DNA of 63,973 nt, the filler included, from Trypethelium eluteriae (Eukaryota), in the NCBI GenBank assembly GCA_051942245.1. It is 3 parts of 3 records of this genome, joined end to end, with 100 filler letters (N's around TTAATTAATTAA, not from the genome) between each part and the next. Parts side by side here need not be neighbours in the genome. Positions count along the whole stretch, not along the records: positions 43,804 to 63,973 come from JAVECL010000502.1; 2 more parts are not named here. The stretch is one strand, 5' to 3'. Positions 43,704 to 56,900 of this stretch are shown one piece after another (the first letter of the stretch is position 1; each line of letters begins with the position of its first letter). The notes beneath the pieces are model-generated. The model was not told the origin of the DNA. It did not search any database and saw only the letters and a program-made list of their open reading frames with translations. Made by a program: the position numbers and the translations under genes.

Positions 43704-43803
43704 NNNNNNNNNNNNNNNNNNNNNNNNNNNNNNNNNNNNNNNNNNNNTTAATTAATTAANNNNNNNNNNNNNNNNNNNNNNNNNNNNNNNNNNNNNNNNN
43801 NNN
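43704..43803. other. Assembly gap with artificial six-frame stop linker
   Basis: 100-nt N run with TTAATTAATTAA at 43748-43759, preceded by a long poly-A tract. Confidence 0.97.
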
Positions 43804-46800
43804 GGGAGGGGCAGGACATTCTGCGCTCCGAGTTCGCAATCCGACTCCTACGATGTGTCGAAAGCGTGTAAGAAGTACCTTCACTTCGTCAGTCCATCAG
43901 TGTGAGTAACGCTGCTACGAGATACAGATACTTACCTGTGCCAAATAGATGCTAACAGGCATTTTCTAGACAAAACAAGCTTGGGATCAACGCGCGCCCA
44001 GCTAGTTTGCGCCCCTCCTACCCAGGACAACCTCGCAACTCTCCAAGAAGACAGCTCCTCCGATGCGAGTCACGCTGCCTCTGTCTTTGTCGTCAGCAAA
44101 GATATCATCGACAGGAACGAAATGACGTCATGTTGAAACACTGTCAGGACACGATGATACTATACCCAAGATAAGGGTCACGAGCGGAAGGAAAGCAGCC
44201 ACAGCTGGATGGAATGAAAATGAGGGATCAGGCACGACTCGCACAACAGGGTTACCGTCTCGAGTCGAGCGGTGTATTTCACCCAGTGCCGTTACGTGTA
44301 GAGAAGGAGTGGTGGCCTCGGGACGGCGGAATGCGAGAATCTCAACAAGGCCTACCAACCACACCCTATGGGCAATACCTACTGTCCAGGTACACCTTTC
44401 GAGAATCCACAGCCGGACTTGTGCTATGGACCACGGCTGCCAATCCTCGGCAAGAAGGAAGCCCAAGCTAAAATAAAACGTTTCCGACTTGGGGTCTGTC
44501 TACCGGATATATACGTAATTCTCGTCCCATTCTTCCCTCTTTCATTTCTGTGTATTTCCAACCTAGGCTTGTCGAATCGCGTCGCATTTGTTCATTATGG
44601 GTCACATTGGATAGGTTGTATGTGAGTAGGGGTGGGCACTTCCCTTTTTGATCATGCAATGGAATAGCTGTGTACCGGACCATAGCCAAGACAATGCTAT
44701 ACACTAGTCCGCCCGTGATGGGACTGCAATCGTGAATTTCCTCGACGACCTCTGCAGGCTTGTGCAACAGGGCTACCCGAGCCAAGACGAACCGAGCCAG
44801 GGCAAACCGGACCTCGTCAACACATGCCACTTTTCTGCCATGGCAGATTTACGATCGATATTCCTGTGGCTACATTTGGCGTGAAACGAACCCTAACGGA
44901 AGCGTGTGGCACTTTATAGAAACTTTTGGTTCGGCATTCTTGCACAAACAGGACGAAATTGAGAGGATTCGAACGTTTCTCCTCAATCTGCAGGATTATG
45001 CGCTGGGAGACCGGTGGAAGAGGATTCACAATGATGTACTGGATGTGCAAGGATTTCAGCTTGAGAGGTTATGATCTGGCGCTGATACAGAGTAAGGAAG
45101 GGACGTTGAGGTAGCGGAAGGAGATCCATCCAATGATAGTCGCCCTCACCTCAACGGGCATATTCAGCATGACTGGGAATGAGCGCCGGATCTTGGCACT
45201 TAGGAGTCGAGCACCTCTCGTAGCTTAACGACCCTGTATTTGTACGTCGGGGGAAAGGGTTTCGGTACATAGCCTTGAACTTCTCCAAACCTTGACTCCA
45301 CAACCAAATTGGTTACCCCTAAGGCCGTAGGCTTTATCCAGGTAGACTTGGATATGGATCATATCGAGCGATGGCACGGGTCAGGTTTCCGGGGAATGGG
45401 GTGGCCATCTCTGGATAGTCATACAGAAGCTGTCGGACTAAGGTACACATGGCCTACTGCAGCATTGAAGAAAGGTGCTGGGTGTGGTGCCTACGCTGAA
45501 CCTTGAAGAAAATCGGTGGAAAATACGGAAAGAATTGATGACTTGTGAGGGCCTATTGCGGTATAAAATCCTTTTTGTACAGCAAAGTTCCCTTTCCTGA
45601 GGGTCGTCGAGCCGAAGGCACCGAGAGAGCAGAACCGAGGAGATCGCGAGAAGCGCTTGATCAACACTAAGACTATCGTAGTCACTACTCAAGCCCAGGC
45701 GCAATCCTCCCAGCCATGTTTGGGACGGCTCGGCGATAGCACGTTCTCATAAAACCTACAAAAAATTCCAATTGATGTAAGCGATTGGAGCCAGCACAGC
45801 TTCCTTACGAACCTTCATTGTGATCAACATCGAGCCTCAGACATGGAAAGGGGACTCAGCGCCAAAGGGCGGTAGAAGCTTGGGGGATGTAGGGAAGTCA
45901 GCAACCAGTGCGTGACGTCGAGGGAGGTACTGTACAGGATCGAGACAGGGCAGCGAAAGGCGGGATCAGGGGCGACGAGGAAGGTCCCGTCGAGCGGCGA
46001 AACAGGTCTGCTTCTCGTCACAATAGACAGTCACTACTGAGTAGGAAGCACGGCATTTCCATAGTATTGTTAGAGAGTCTTAATAAAGCAACCCGCTGAG
46101 ATCCGACCGCGCTGCCTGACCGATGTTCCTCCTCCACTCAACGTCCCTGCTCTTGTCCATGGAGTGCTCGCTGATCCTTGACGCGATGGTGCCGGGCCTC
46201 AATGTGGCCGTGAGATGGCGTGCGTATGTGTCCGTAGCTTATTCTGTTGGTTGTGGCTATTGTTTGCGTAGCTGAAACTCCATCACCTGCTTATCTACCC
46301 ACTCTTCGGGTGGATCTCCTAGGTCTGTTGGCTTTTGGTGAGACGAAAGGGGCTTGGGTAGGAAGTATTACCTTCGCCATCCCATGCGCGTAAGATTGCC
46401 TGATACTCTTCATAAGAAGGATAGGGAAGAGATGTCGTCGTCGGACTCGCGTTGCGTGCAAGGAGCCTCACAAGCCCAAGATTCCGTAATTGACATTTGA
46501 GAAGGTGCGTATCCAGCCATTTGGCATGTGGATGTCCTAGGTTTGTCAGTTTTGGATGAGGCTAGATGGATTTGGATCAGAATTATTACCTACTCTGCGC
46601 CATCTGCGCAGGATTGCCGCAAACTCGGCTTCGGAGGGAAAGGCCGGGGGGGACGATATGTGCTAAATGGAGGGATCCGGTGGGTCGTTGTGTGCTGAGC
46701 ATCCTCGCTTTCGGTGCGGTGATTGCATTGTGGACGTTGATTGGAGAGGCAATGGTAGTGAGGAAATGGTTGCGCGAAAGTGGGAGTGAGGAAGTGGGTC

Positions 46801-48522
46801 GCGCGGAAGTGGTGTTCTCCATGTCTTCCGTGCCTGTGTCTCCAGCGCTGAGGCGGTCGCGCAGGAGTGGTCGAACGAGGCGAGAAGCGATGAAGTCTAA
46901 ATGCCGCCTGCCCAGATTTCAATGTCACCAGAGACAGCAACGACCATACCGTTGGCCAGAGCACGGTTCATCCGAAGTCTTGCCCCTGCACCCACTTCAT
47001 GCAAAGAAAGTAGCATCTATACACTAACGAAATCAGCCAAACATATGTAACGAGGTGGTTGCTTTTATAGGCGTTAATTGCAGCCAGAAGACAACAGATC
47101 GCCTAGCAAAGAAGCATCATATCACTAAATGGAGAGCAAAGGAGCGTCCAGAGCGCTCACCAGCTATTGCTCAGCCTAGGCTAGCTTTTGCAAAAGTCTA
47201 TGGGATGTTAAGCGGTACAGTCCACCCATTGACAGTGTACCGGATTCAGGATGTACCACCATTGTTCCATGCACCTGCGGCGCACATTTTGTGCCTCTTC
47301 GCTGTTGGACGATACGTAATGTACAGACGTAACCCCACCAGATTGTGCCGCTTGTCATCCTCAGCCGTTCTGCCAAAGCCGGAATTGTTGTCCATGTCAT
47401 ACCGTTCCATCTGTGTCTAGGTATCTTTCTCGAATCTTGTTTTATCTACATGCCCTATCACCTATAAATGGTTGTGATCTGCGACTAATGCGTCGTAATC
47501 ACAGCAGCCAAATACTTCCAGAGACCCCTGCGAAGGAAGAGTCCAACCTTGACCCATGCGATCCAGAATCTGCCTTGCCTCATGGGCGGTTCTGAACAAC
47601 TCTCGTCAGACCGGCACAGATTCCCTCTAGCCAATGGCATCTTCATCCTTACCTCCATCATTCTCTTGTTACCCAGTCTTGATTACGAGGCCTTTTGTCT
47701 CATAAGGTCTTCGCGTAATTTCGACATGTCCTTCAGCCCTGGGCTGGGTATTTTCTTAGATTGTGATGCTGCTTTAACCCGGACTGAAACGCTCACGATA
47801 TCAACGCTTACCTCTTCGATTCTCTTCGATCCTCTTCGATCCTCTCTCGGCTTTACGCTTGTCTTCATAGCCTTAGGGGCAATTGAGTCTAATCCAGTTA
47901 ACGCAACTATCTCCGACCTATTGAACCAAAAAGGAACGAGCCTTATGGTCATTTTGCTACGCCACAATATGTGACACAACCTGTATTCTGCTTGCGCTCT
48001 CCATGCAGCTTTGCTTAAAACAGTACAGCGTATAGCTACAAAGCATAAATCTGGGTCAGATATTTAATCCATGAAAGCTGGTTTGAGGGTTAATGTTTGG
48101 ATTATTTTGGATGCTATTATAGGAATACATGTAACCGCTCTTAACTTAATAAGCGCAATTTCGGTAGCGGACGCCGTTAGATATCCTTAGTTGGAATGGA
48201 GCCATCCTGCCCAGTACTAAGATATTTGGTACGGTTAACCCTGCCGATTCTTAATGTGATTGATGGTTTCACTCTAGTGCTACATGAGATGTGCATAGGA
48301 GTTTCCCTTATGGTAGAGCCAGCCGGGGTTACGGAGTAGCCATGCAAGCTTACAAGTGTATCTGTTGTATACAAGATATAGATATCTAAGACAAGCAGAG
48401 GATCAAGAATGCTCAAATTCATCAAGTAAAAAGCCTTATAATTCCAAATAAGCGCCAGAACTAGACAGTACGGGAGTCCCTTTCAGAGCTGAGGATGTTT
48501 ATAGAGGCCAAATTATAAATCA

Positions 48523-49596
48523 TTACGCTATCACAATGACAGAGCCCTGCATCTTGCTGCGATTTGCAGCCGAAGACAGACTTTCAGCCTTGTGGACCAC
48601 TGGCTTGTCCTGCGACCAGAGTGCCGTAAGTGGATGTCTTTCCCCATTGCATTGTTGTTTGCAGCTCAGCAGACGACCATTTACGGCAGCTTCGTAGAGA
48701 GCGATCAGCGTTGGTAAGCAATCACACACGATATTGAGGAATATCTCAGAAGTGCCCCATATGTAGAGAGAGAACATCGCCCAAGTAACATCGGATCGAT
48801 TGCTAAGCTCGTGTAATTGAGCCGTTTTGATCGAAGCACAAATACCAGATAGCACGCTGAGGCTCAGAAGAGTGCAGAGTGCGATTTTATGCGGTAATCG
48901 GAGTCGTAAGTTCCAGACGACACCTACGGGCAGGAACGCCAGCAGGAAGTCCAAAGTGGCACTGTAAGCTGAAGAGGCCTTCAGCTGCAGACATGTTAAC
49001 GAGAAATTTTACCCACCAGAACCTGCCATGGCCAGATAAGCCTGCACCTTTGAATCCCAGCATCTCGCATTGGGCACTTTGTCCCATAATGCGTGAGGAG
49101 GGCTGCATTGAACAAAGCTGACGACAGCAGTCAAGACCAGGAGGATGCTGAAAGCCATTATGTTCGTCCAAAGAATCCAATGATACCACATCCTAGGTCC
49201 CATGACTCGGAGTAAAAGGAGGAACACCGAGATTTTTCCCATAGGCAACGTCATGATTCCAAAGGGCTGAACAATCCAATTCCACTTGAGGACATGTGCT
49301 TGCTGGTTCAATGAGAGGATATCTATATGTTGACCGACTCCATAATGGACGGCAACCGAGCATAGAGATATCGTCACGGCAAACATGATCTGTTCCTGTC
49401 AGTCCACTGGGAATGCAGGCCAAAGGGAAGAACCAACTAGCGTGAATAGCATGGTGAAGTCATCAGCGCCAAGTGTGCACATCTTTCGGCGAACAAAGAT
49501 TCGTAAAGAAAAAATAATAGCAGCGATCGCGACCTGGGTCCAGAAGATTGCAAGCAGCTGCGGTCCTCGATCAGCGTGGGGACTTGTGGTAGCCAT
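48523..49596 (-). CDS. PTH11-like (fungal rhodopsin-domain) integral membrane protein, no CFEM domain
   Basis: LRIFVR..LGADD, HYGVGQHI, KISVFLLLLR, QCSPPHALWD..ARC, DFLLAFLP..VWNL, EIFLNIVCDCLPT; three exons. Confidence 0.88.
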
Positions 49597-49999
49597 CGCC
49601 AGAGCGACTGCCCGTCCGTAGAGGCTTGCGCAGTGCTAGCGGTATTGACCTTCCACCGTCTTAACTCATTACGCTCGGGGAAGATCATCACATGTCCCAC
49701 CTACCGGTACGTGAAGCGATGAAGTAGAGTTGCAGGCCTGTGCGAGATCGCATGGTAGCGCGCGGTTCGAACATAGAAAATTCGGCCCCGCGGCGTCAGC
49801 CAGGCTAAACCTAACTTGGAGTCGTCCTTAAACAAGGGCACCGATCGATTGATCCTCCTGGGTGGCGAATTCGTAGCTACTGAAGTTGTGCCGCCGAGAG
49901 GATGCAGGCTGCTGTCGAGTGGCGGCAAGCTAGGCGGGTATATTTAAGGTCCATGTGTGGTGGCCTGCACAATTGCAGAGATGAGAAATCAGATTAATC

Positions 50000-50293
50000 A
50001 TGTCGGTCTTTATTTCGTGGACCGTCGCAATTGCTGGGGTACTTTCGTACTATACCTATATTATCCGGGGAGAGCACCATCTGCAGGCCCCGGCCATCGT
50101 CCAACTCTTAATTGTGGCGGTTACTCTTAATTTTGTTGTGTGTTGGACGGCTTTCGGTGATGCATGGGAAGCCGCTCTCTTTACTGCTTCAATCGTCGCA
50201 GCGTACATGAGCTCTCTTTTCATAAGCATGGTTGCATACCGTGTGGCCTTCCAGCGGACACGTAGATTCCCTGGACCTTTCTGCAGCGGGTAG
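50000..50293 (+). pseudogene. Truncated cytochrome P450 (N-terminal membrane region only)
   Basis: RGEHHL..TM..SMVAYRVAFQRTRRFPGPF then a stop; no splice donor or downstream P450 motifs found. Confidence 0.65.
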
Positions 50294-50997
50294 CGACGGC
50301 TCCAGCAAGGCATCTACGCACACCGCCTGAGGAGGGCGAAGGGACCATAAGCGAAGAGGATCGAGGCCGGGGGCACAGCAGAAGCTGAAGCTGAAGCTGA
50401 AGGATGGACGGGGCCGTGTCAGCGCTGTCCACACTGTACAACACATCGGCCTGACTAGGCTGGGGAGGAGAAAGAGGGCGACTAGGCACAGCCAGCTGGT
50501 ACGACCGTCAAAGGGGCAGAGAGAAAGGTAGGAGTGAGGGCACAAGATTAGGACGGACGGTCGGTGGGGGGAAGGGGACTTTTATAGACGCCAAAAGTAG
50601 CGCCGGTGCGATACCTGAACGGGGCCCAGCACAGGTGCGGGACTAGCCGGAAACGGGCTGCACCGGGACCAACATTTCCCCGATTTGTCGTGCGTCACAA
50701 TCATCGTCACGAGCAGCATTAAGAACACCTTCATTATCTCCACCGTCCCGCATCATCCTCAGCATCTTCAGCATCTTCAGTAAATTCACTTTCTGGTGGA
50801 TCGCTTGTCTCCTTTACGGCCTGATGGTGTGCAACCTCGTAGTACCAATCACCATCACCTCATGTGGCGGTTGATCTTCGTCGGTGTTCCGGTGAATCGG
50901 TTTAATTGGCCGCTGCTTTATGTGTCTACACAAAGGCATCCCTCTCCTCCAACGGCGGCAATCCTTGTGTTGGGGAATCTAGGTCTGGATTTGCCGT

Positions 50998-52448
50998 TTG
51001 CAGCGGCAGAACGATAGGCGGTATGAACAAACCGCAAACAGCGCACGCATCTCTTTGTCCATCAGGTACCTTTTCTATCTCAAAGTTCACGTTTTTCATC
51101 TCAACTACACTATGCTTCTTTCCACATCAAGAGGACATATGCATGTCAGTGATTATTTCGTTCAAACTGACCCGATTACTGTTTCATTCAATCAAACATC
51201 GTCAAAGCCAGCTCAGCCAGCTCTGCCCACTCCGACTTTACCACCATCGGCTCCCTCTGGACCAGCATTGTCAGAACCAGCTATATCCACCCCGGCTCCC
51301 TTTGACCCAGATACGGCCTTGCCTGCTATATCAAAGATAGCTAGGTCCGAGCCAATTGCAACTCAATCAACGTCAAGGGATTCAGAATTCAACAAAACCT
51401 CTCTTGTACGAGGTTTTGTCGATTTTCTCAGCACCGTGGCGAACGCAATCGATTATCATACTCGGACATCAAAAAGCAAAGTCACAAAAGTCAAAAAGTA
51501 TATTAAGAGACTTCGTGACGATCCACAACTGGATGGCAAACTTCTTAGCAAAAGAAGGCTGAATGAGTTTGAGTATCAACAGTTGCTTGATAGAATAGCA
51601 GAAGATCCAGAGCTGCAATCTTTTTTTGACAAGAAACTCAGGCACGAGTATTCGCACGAAGATCATGTGCTTGTGGTTCGTATGTTGTCAACATTGCATG
51701 AAGCCTTGGGTGATAGGATCCAAAGAAAGATTTTCTCTTGGCTAGACAGCCAATCAAGTGGCTCTAATCAGTTGGCCAATATTGCTAAAGGAATCCAAGG
51801 AAGCGGTGCCTCCAACTTATTTCTTGAGATTCTTGGGAAAATTGATGAAAAGCAGCCTGACAAAAGTTTTACCTATATCGATTGCGTCCATCCTGGGCTG
51901 ATCATTGAGATATCAGTCTCACAATCAGTTACTGATGTACAAAAGAAGGCAAAAGCATACATCCATGGCACCAAAGGCCAGACTCGTACTGTGATCAATA
52001 TCGACAGTAACAGCACATATCCAAAGAAAGGTGGACCGGCTACCTTCTCAATTTGGCGTGCAGATTTCTCTCAAAACCCTTTGGATGTTGTTGAAAGCGT
52101 AATCAGTCAGGTAAGATTATCCCAATTCATTGTGTATCTTTAGGGCTGACAAGATAGGAATTTCGAGATAGGAATGGACAGCCAGTCTCAAACGCTGACT
52201 TACGGTTTTCTTTATCTGACTTTGTTAGTGATGAAGAACTGCTTCCATTCAGAGAAGATATTCCAGAGTTTGTGTTGACTTCACAGGTTTTGTGTGAAGT
52301 TTTGAAGGATGCAGAAGAGATGGAACAGAGACGCGATGATGCGAAGAAGAAAGTAAGAGAAGACTGCAAACAGAACAACCCAAACCCAAGCCCAAGAAGA
52401 TCAGAGAGAATCCGAAACATGGTCAAAAAACCATCTTACAAAGTATAA
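50998..52448 (+). CDS. Uncharacterised protein with PD-(D/E)xK/Uma2-like nuclease-fold motif; start uncertain
   Basis: RMLSTLHE, KQPDKSF..PGLIIEISVSQ..KKAKAYI..G.TRTVINID; intron 52111-52157 leads to EFRDRNGQP..LRFSLSDF, stop at 52448. Confidence 0.6.
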
Positions 52449-53928
52449 TAGAGAATGCAAATGGAACAATACTCCACGTGCCGGAGGCGAGGGGCGTCCT
52501 AGGTCTGGCAGGTCGTTGCGTGGAAGATTTAGGTACTTGTGGCTGCGTCTGCGCCGCAGATGGTTCACAGGCAGAACTTGAGGGTTCAGACGGAGTTTTG
52601 TATGGTTTGAACTTGACATGTCTGGATTCCACGAGAATATTAAAGCTTACTTCTTCCAAAATATTTCCATTGCAGTAAAACAGCATGATGACGGCGTGAC
52701 TGTCTTTCTTTCTTCGAATCCTTCTGCCTCTTCTGTGGGCTTCCGGCTGAAACATGTCTTTGCTCCTAGAAACAACAACCCAGACATTTGCGTATCTACA
52801 AGCCACCCCCCATGGGCCTTGCCATTGTAACGTCGGTCCCTGCGTCGCGAGACAACCCCCGAGACGGGACAGATTGCAGGTACTTTAACTTTGCACTGAT
52901 TTTGAGCTTGCACTTAGATGAAATTCTTTGTATCTTTATAAAGAATGCATGCAATGGCCATTTCTAAACTCTGGTAACATTTCAGTACCCAAAATTACTG
53001 TCGCGTTGGCGCATTCTTGCTTAACGAGTAGAGAACCTCCCTATGCTGCATGATCTTGTTCCAGGCATTTCGCCTCATAACTAAGCTTTGAGCTTTTAAG
53101 ATTTATTGAAGCAGCTATTACTGACCTAAGAAATCTTGTCAATATATTGTTAAAAGAGTATCAGCCCTGTAGTAACATAAATGGGCAAACAAGTAAAACG
53201 CCGCTAGGCGAATCTGTACTTCTTTCTTTCTTTCTTTCTTTCTTTCTTTGATTCCTACTCCCTTTCAGGTCACACTGGCCTATGAGGGGATCTAGCTATC
53301 TAGTATCTAATCTATGTCTGGCTGCCAATGTTGGCTCTGAAGTGTAAGATACATTCCAGGATCATTGTCGCTGAATCTGTACTTCGAGGATGATGCCATT
53401 CCCACTTTCAGCTAGTGGGGAATCGACCCCGCATTTTACACACAATCGTTACAGCGAGCTTTACATTGTGCAATTTGTGCTAGCTGGACACAATAGGCTT
53501 ACGCAACAAGGCTTTCGAACCCGCGCCACGATTACTGCCTTGCTGCCCAGCATATAGGTACTATGTCGCGCCTGTTCTCCTCTCGCAGTTACTTTGTAAA
53601 TGCTCAACAATACTTTTTTCTCTTCCCAGTTTCCTTTGCTTCTCATCCTCGATGTCTCGGCTGTATGCTTGGTAATGATGCATACCACGAGCGCCAGATA
53701 GTCTCCGCTGCGCAGGCATCTTTGCCACCCTTGGTCATACAACGCATTCCAATGCACCTCTTCCAACGCACTACAACAACGAACTAGTGCTTCGTGAATT
53801 CAGCAAGAACAATGATCCCGTCCGTGCAATACTGATCTACACATGGGCTGTTGACAACAGAAAAGAGTGTAGCTTTCAGGATTCAGAAGCTGATATGAGT
53901 AAGAGCTTGAATAATGATGATAAAATTT

Positions 53929-56900
53929 CTAATCTCTATTTATGTTCATCAGAAGCCCAGAACCAGACCAGAAGAGAGATAGAGCACCCAAAGCGATAGT
54001 CACTGGGACCGTCGCGTTTTGTAAGTCGTCTGGGTGAATGGAAATCCACCATACAAAGAAAATGAATGGCCCCGCCACCATTAGGCAATGGTAACAGAAA
54101 ACATGGACAAAAGAAACCGCAAAGACGCCTTCAAGACCCCATACTGGCGATGTCCAATCAGTTTGAAAACACCTGTCTCTCTTCGGGATACGTCTTAGGT
54201 GCTCGTTCCCATCTGGCGGTTCCATACAGTCATGGACAATCGAAGGCCATTTGCAAGGGGTACAGCAAGTGTAAAATAACGCTTGAAACAAATGTGTCGA
54301 GATTGGTGGATTCATGGCACTTCTGTCTCCAGAACGAGGCGTATAGTCGTATGCGTTATCGGTTGGGAGATCTCTTTGCTCGCGATACATGCGGTTGCGC
54401 TGCATCCTGTGGAACTTGAATACGTATTAGTAATTAAAATACAATTTTCGAATCGCAAGCTACCTTTACTATTTCGCAGTTCTCCAAGCGCCAAATAGAG
54501 AACCACAGTCTTAGCCGGCCTCGATGCTTTCGGTAGCATTCATTTAGGTCTTGAAAGACACTGGAGTCCGTACTTTGGTCGTGGGTGCGAATTTGACCTG
54601 GTTCGAGAGTTCGTCGCGAACCCTGTATACCAAATAGTATGAATTTCACGAATTGGCTAGCCGAATTCGATGCTGTCCTTGCGTCTTGATGGCTTATCGC
54701 TAGACCTTCTTGTTGGAGATCAGCTCTTGGTTCAAAGCGAACATCGCTGTTGGACGGGGAGCCCACTGTTTGGGGCATTCCGGACCTGACAGGTCCTTGC
54801 GGTGTGTATTTCCGGCCTGCTGAAGAACTCGACAAAGCTGGAGTGGCTGGTACTCGCTGTGATAACAATCTTGTTGGCAATGCTTGAAGCGCTTTCCTAA
54901 AAACTCCTCTTCCAACCAGCGCATGTCTAACCTTCTTCTTCCTACACCAGTACGGCAATTGGAGAGCATCATCCGACCGTGCAAGTATGTCTTCTACGTA
55001 TTCATGCTGTTCAGCAGATATTTCTTGCCATTGGCGGACACCGCAAGACTGAGATTATTAAGCTTTTGTTACGTTAGTACAATGCTTGGACTCACACATC
55101 GCCAGAAGATACGAAACTCGTTGCCTGATAAAATTCGCTTTGTTGGCTCGAAAGGCCACCAATCCCATCTCATCCGAGTACTCTGCTCTACCCAGGCTTT
55201 GAGTTTGTTCGAAATTGACGGATCTTGCTCGCTTGCGACCCAAATTTGCTCTTTTGAGATCGACAAAAGTACACGTCTCAATTCGGGTGGCAGGAGCATC
55301 ATCATGCAATCCTTGAGAAGAAGTTGGAATGCCCTAGTCCCTCTAAGAATTGTACTTAGCTCAGAAGCATCAGGGAAATCCTCTTCTGCATAGTCGCCAG
55401 TGGATGTCGAGATTGCAGATTCAGTGTCACTATCTTGATCTGTATCGAGTCCAACGGCCTCAATCCGTTTTTTGTCTTCCCCAGCATCTCTCGGATCGAT
55501 TTTATCAGCCCGTAGCACATCGTCCTGCTCATATTGAATGTAGTCAAAAAGTCCTTGGCTAATACGTAGCCTTTCTCGCTTGCTCTGCAGCGATCTAGTA
55601 ACAGCTTTCTCGGCTTCGGATTCGGCTTCCGTAGAGAGGTTATGATAAAATGATTCTAGTAGACGCTGCAGATTTAGCACAAAGCGTTGTCTGTCCCAAG
55701 CAAAGATCTTATCACAAAGCAACCTGAATTGAGGTTCCTCAAACAGAGACATTCTTATGTCAGCTTTGCCAGCCGCTTCTTCCTTAATTGTATTTTCGAA
55801 TGCTTGCGTGGGAATGTTCTTATTATCTGATAGCAGCAATGGGACATCCTCGCCGCCTTGAGCATTGATGTCTGCTCCGGCATCAAGAAGCATCTTCACT
55901 ATCTCTTGCGATCCTCGCAATGAAGCCGCCTGCAGTGCATTGCCGTATTTACCGCCTTGAGCATGGATGTCCGCTCCGGCATCAAGAAGCATCTTCACTG
56001 TCTCTGGCCATCCTCGATATGAAGCCGTCTGCAGTGCATTGCCGTATTTGCCGCCTTGAGCATGGATGTCCGCTCCGGCATCAAGAAGCATCTTCACTAT
56101 CTCTGGCGATTCTCCAGATGAAGCCGCCTGCAGTGCATTGCCGTATAAGCCGCCTTGAGCATGGACGTCCGCTCCGGCATCAAGAAGCATCTTCACTATC
56201 TCTGGCCATCCTTGGAATGAAGCCGCCTGCAGTGCATTGCCGTAGAAGCCGCCTTGAGCATGGACGTCTGCTCCGGCATCAAGAAGCATCTTCACTATAT
56301 CTTGCCATCCTTCGGATGAAGCCGCCTGCAGTGCATTGCCGTAGAAGCCGCCTTGAGCATGGACGTCTGCTCCGGCATCAAGAAGCATCTTTACTATCTC
56401 TTGCCATCCTCGATATGAAGCCGCCTGCAGTGCATTGCTATACTGGCCGCCTTGAGCATTAACGTCTGCTCCTTGTCCTAACAAAAGGATCCCGACAAGC
56501 CGCTGATATCCATTCTCACACGACATATAGAGTAGTCCTGCATTCACATCGATTCTTAAGTTGTGGTTATCCGGATCTGAGCTAATCATGAACTTCTTCC
56601 AATCTTCAAAGCAGTTGCTGCTGCATTCTTGCACCCATTGCGAGATCTCACGCTCTTGGGTTGGGTATCCAAATAAATTATAAAGACCATTGAGCAACCG
56701 ATATCCAGTCTGCTGCTTTTGACCCAGTCTACCTTCATAGAGAGCCTTATCTGCAAAATTGAATATAGAGCAAATTGCGTATTGCACAAAGGGATATTTT
56801 TTATTCACTTCGGCCATGTATTTCCCATCTGTCCACGTCGTATCAACCAGCTTAATGTACTCACTACAACAAGACCACAGCCGCTTGTAGCTAGCGCGGC

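Noticed and set aside
43804..48000. Short ORFs such as 44214-44471, 44760-45074, 46590-46964 and 47683-47979
   Set aside because: Could be fragments of decayed genes, but I could not build a consistent spliced model or assign a family.
55920..56462. Repetitive + strand ORF and CRISPR-like periodicity
   Set aside because: Antisense reading of the 99-nt ankyrin units; no repeat-spacer structure, and the context is eukaryotic.
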